From NCBI GenBank assembly GCA_964641175.1, contig CAZXLJ010000003.1, positions 1-61,234 of the forward strand: a DNA stretch of 61,234 bases. Reading direction: 5' to 3'. Position 1 is the first letter of the stretch, and each line of letters opens with the position of its first letter. This stretch comes from an uncultured Cellvibrionaceae bacterium (GTDB lineage: Bacteria > Pseudomonadota > Gammaproteobacteria > Pseudomonadales > Cellvibrionaceae). The position numbers and the translations under genes were made by a program. Below are positions 60,099 through 61,234 of the stretch, in pieces. The notes under the pieces are model-generated. The model had not been told where the DNA came from. It saw only the letters and a program-made list of their open reading frames with translations, and ran no database searches.

Positions 60099-60947
60099 TC
60101 AAAGTGCGTTCAATGACTGTTCGCCGGCGGCAACCGTCTGGTAAATCAAGGTGTTAATGGTCATGGGTCCGACTCCGCCGGGCACGGGAGTTATCGCGCT
60201 TGCGCGCTCCAGCAGCGGCTGCAATTCGATGTCTCCCACTCCGCCTGGGTGGTAGCCAGCATCGATAACGACTGCGCCATTCTGGATCCAATCAGCCCGG
60301 ATAAATTCTGGCTTGCCGACAGCACCGACAATTATGTCTGCCCTTGATATGTGCGACGGTAGATCCACGGTGCGGGAATGACAGATGGTAACGGTGCAGT
60401 CTGCGCCGAGAAGCATCATTGCCATTGGTTTTCCGAGAATGGGGCTCCGGCCAACCACGACCGCGTGCTTGCCTTTCAGCGGAATATGGTAGGCGTCCAG
60501 AAGCCGCATAATGCCTTTCGGAGTCGCGCATCCCCATGCGTGCTCCCCCATTGCCATCCGTCCGAAGCCCAGGCAAGTCACCCCGTCCACATCTTTCGCT
60601 AGGTCAATGGCATCGAAGCAGGCTCGCTCGTCAATTTGCGAAGGTACCGGATGCTGTAAAAGAATTCCATGTACCGCCGGGTCGTTGTTCAACTTATAAA
60701 TTTGCTGCAACAGCTGTTCGGTTGTGGTCGATGAGGGCAGTTCGATTCTAAGGGAATCCATGCCGACTCTCTGGCAAGCGTTGCCTTTCATTTTTACGTA
60801 TGTGGCAGAGGCGGGGTCGTCGCCGACCAGAATTGTGGCGAGCACCGGAGTAAGCCCGCTGGCCGCCTTAAGATGTGCGACCCGCGCTGTCAGCTCTGCT
60901 TCGGTCTTTTGTGCCAGTGCCTTGCCGTCGAGAATGAGTGCTGTCAT
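60099..60947 (-). CDS. folD: Bifunctional methylenetetrahydrofolate dehydrogenase / methenyltetrahydrofolate cyclohydrolase
   Basis: 282 aa. [16 protein letters not shown], ...[10 protein letters not shown]..., [17 protein letters not shown] and [12 protein letters not shown] motifs. Confidence 0.97.
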   Translation of the reverse strand: MTALILDGKALAQKTEAELTARVAHLKAASGLTPVLATILVGDDPASATYVKMKGNACQRVGMDSLRIELPSSTTTEQLLQQIYKLNNDPAVHGILLQHPVPSQIDERACFDAIDLAKDVDGVTCLGFGRMAMGEHAWGCATPKGIMRLLDAYHIPLKGKHAVVVGRSPILGKPMAMMLLGADCTVTICHSRTVDLPSHISRADIIVGAVGKPEFIRADWIQNGAVVIDAGYHPGGVGDIELQPLLERASAITPVPGGVGPMTINTLIYQTVAAGEQSLNAL

Positions 60948-61072
60948 GAGTTCGGGAATCCAGTACCGTTAAAAACGCGCTATTGTCACATAGCTACCGG
61001 AACTAGCCAATCGTGTTCCGCGGGCTTGTGGGGGGAGCGTGGTCGAGCATGTTTACGCTGTCAACTTCCCCG

Positions 61073-61101
61073 TTGACGTATACAGATAGCACCGGTATTA
61101 T
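61073..61101 (+). promoter_or_regulatory. Strong sigma-70-type promoter upstream of tRNA-Pro(UGG)
   Basis: TTGACG (61073-61078), a 17-nt spacer, then TATTAT (61096-61101), followed by the GC-rich discriminator GCGCACC. It lies about 60 nt upstream of the tRNA 5' end. Confidence 0.5.
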
Positions 61102-61163
61102 GCGCACCTCCTTGAAACGGGTGCTTGTTGCATTCAGTATTCAGGGCTGTTAGTGCGAGTTAA

Positions 61164-61234
61164 CGGAGTGTAGCGCAGTCTGGTAGCGCGTCTGCTTTGG
61201 GAGCAGAATGTCGGGGGTTCGAATCCCTCCACTC
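61164..61234 (+). tRNA. tRNA-Pro (anticodon TGG), truncated at the window edge (last ~6 nt missing)
   Basis: CGGAGTGTAGCGCAGTCTGGTAGCGCGTCTGCTTTGGGAGCAGAATGTCGGGGGTTCGAATCCCTCCACTC. It has a D-arm, anticodon loop CTTTGGGA (TGG), a T-arm and the beginning of the 3' acceptor strand. Similar to E. coli proM-type tRNA. Confidence 0.9.

Overview
This window looks like an ordinary, housekeeping-dominated chromosomal segment of a gammaproteobacterium. The gene order mltD-gloB-methyltransferase-rnhA-dnaQ ... fimL-nudC resembles Pseudomonas/Cellvibrionales-type genomes; that placement is inference from synteny only. I can support about 58 protein-coding genes. They include acnB, pepN, glnS, cysS, metH, folD, nadK, lpxH, ppiB, djlA, mltD, gloB, rnhA, dnaQ, nudC, sohB, rimK, cysI-like/DUF934, nfuA, a DAHP synthase, trmH, ibpA, rsmC-like and rsuA. 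There are three tRNA genes: a tRNA-Asp 3' fragment at the left edge, tRNA-Pro(CGG) on the minus strand, and a tRNA-Pro(UGG) 5' fragment at the right edge. A few stem-loop terminators and promoter-like sites are also listed. I see no rRNA, CRISPR array, transposase, integrase, prophage gene, toxin-antitoxin pair or recognisable defence module. I do not find a convincing novel multi-gene system here. The clearest anomaly is a single in-frame TAA that splits metH at a conserved Glu codon inside the pterin-binding domain. Smaller points worth a second look: (1) a three-gene putative acetyl-mannan mini-locus (AGE epimerase, SASA-type esterase, GH5 mannanase) whose esterase seems to lack the canonical GQSNM serine motif; (2) unusual signalling fusions (adenylate cyclase-FHA, cNMP-binding-rhodanese next to a D-Cys-desulfhydrase-like enzyme); (3) a 645-bp non-coding gap upstream of a FimL-like gene; (4) candidate regulatory elements for ibpA and nfuA. 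All functional calls rest on motif and family recognition by eye. No searches were run.
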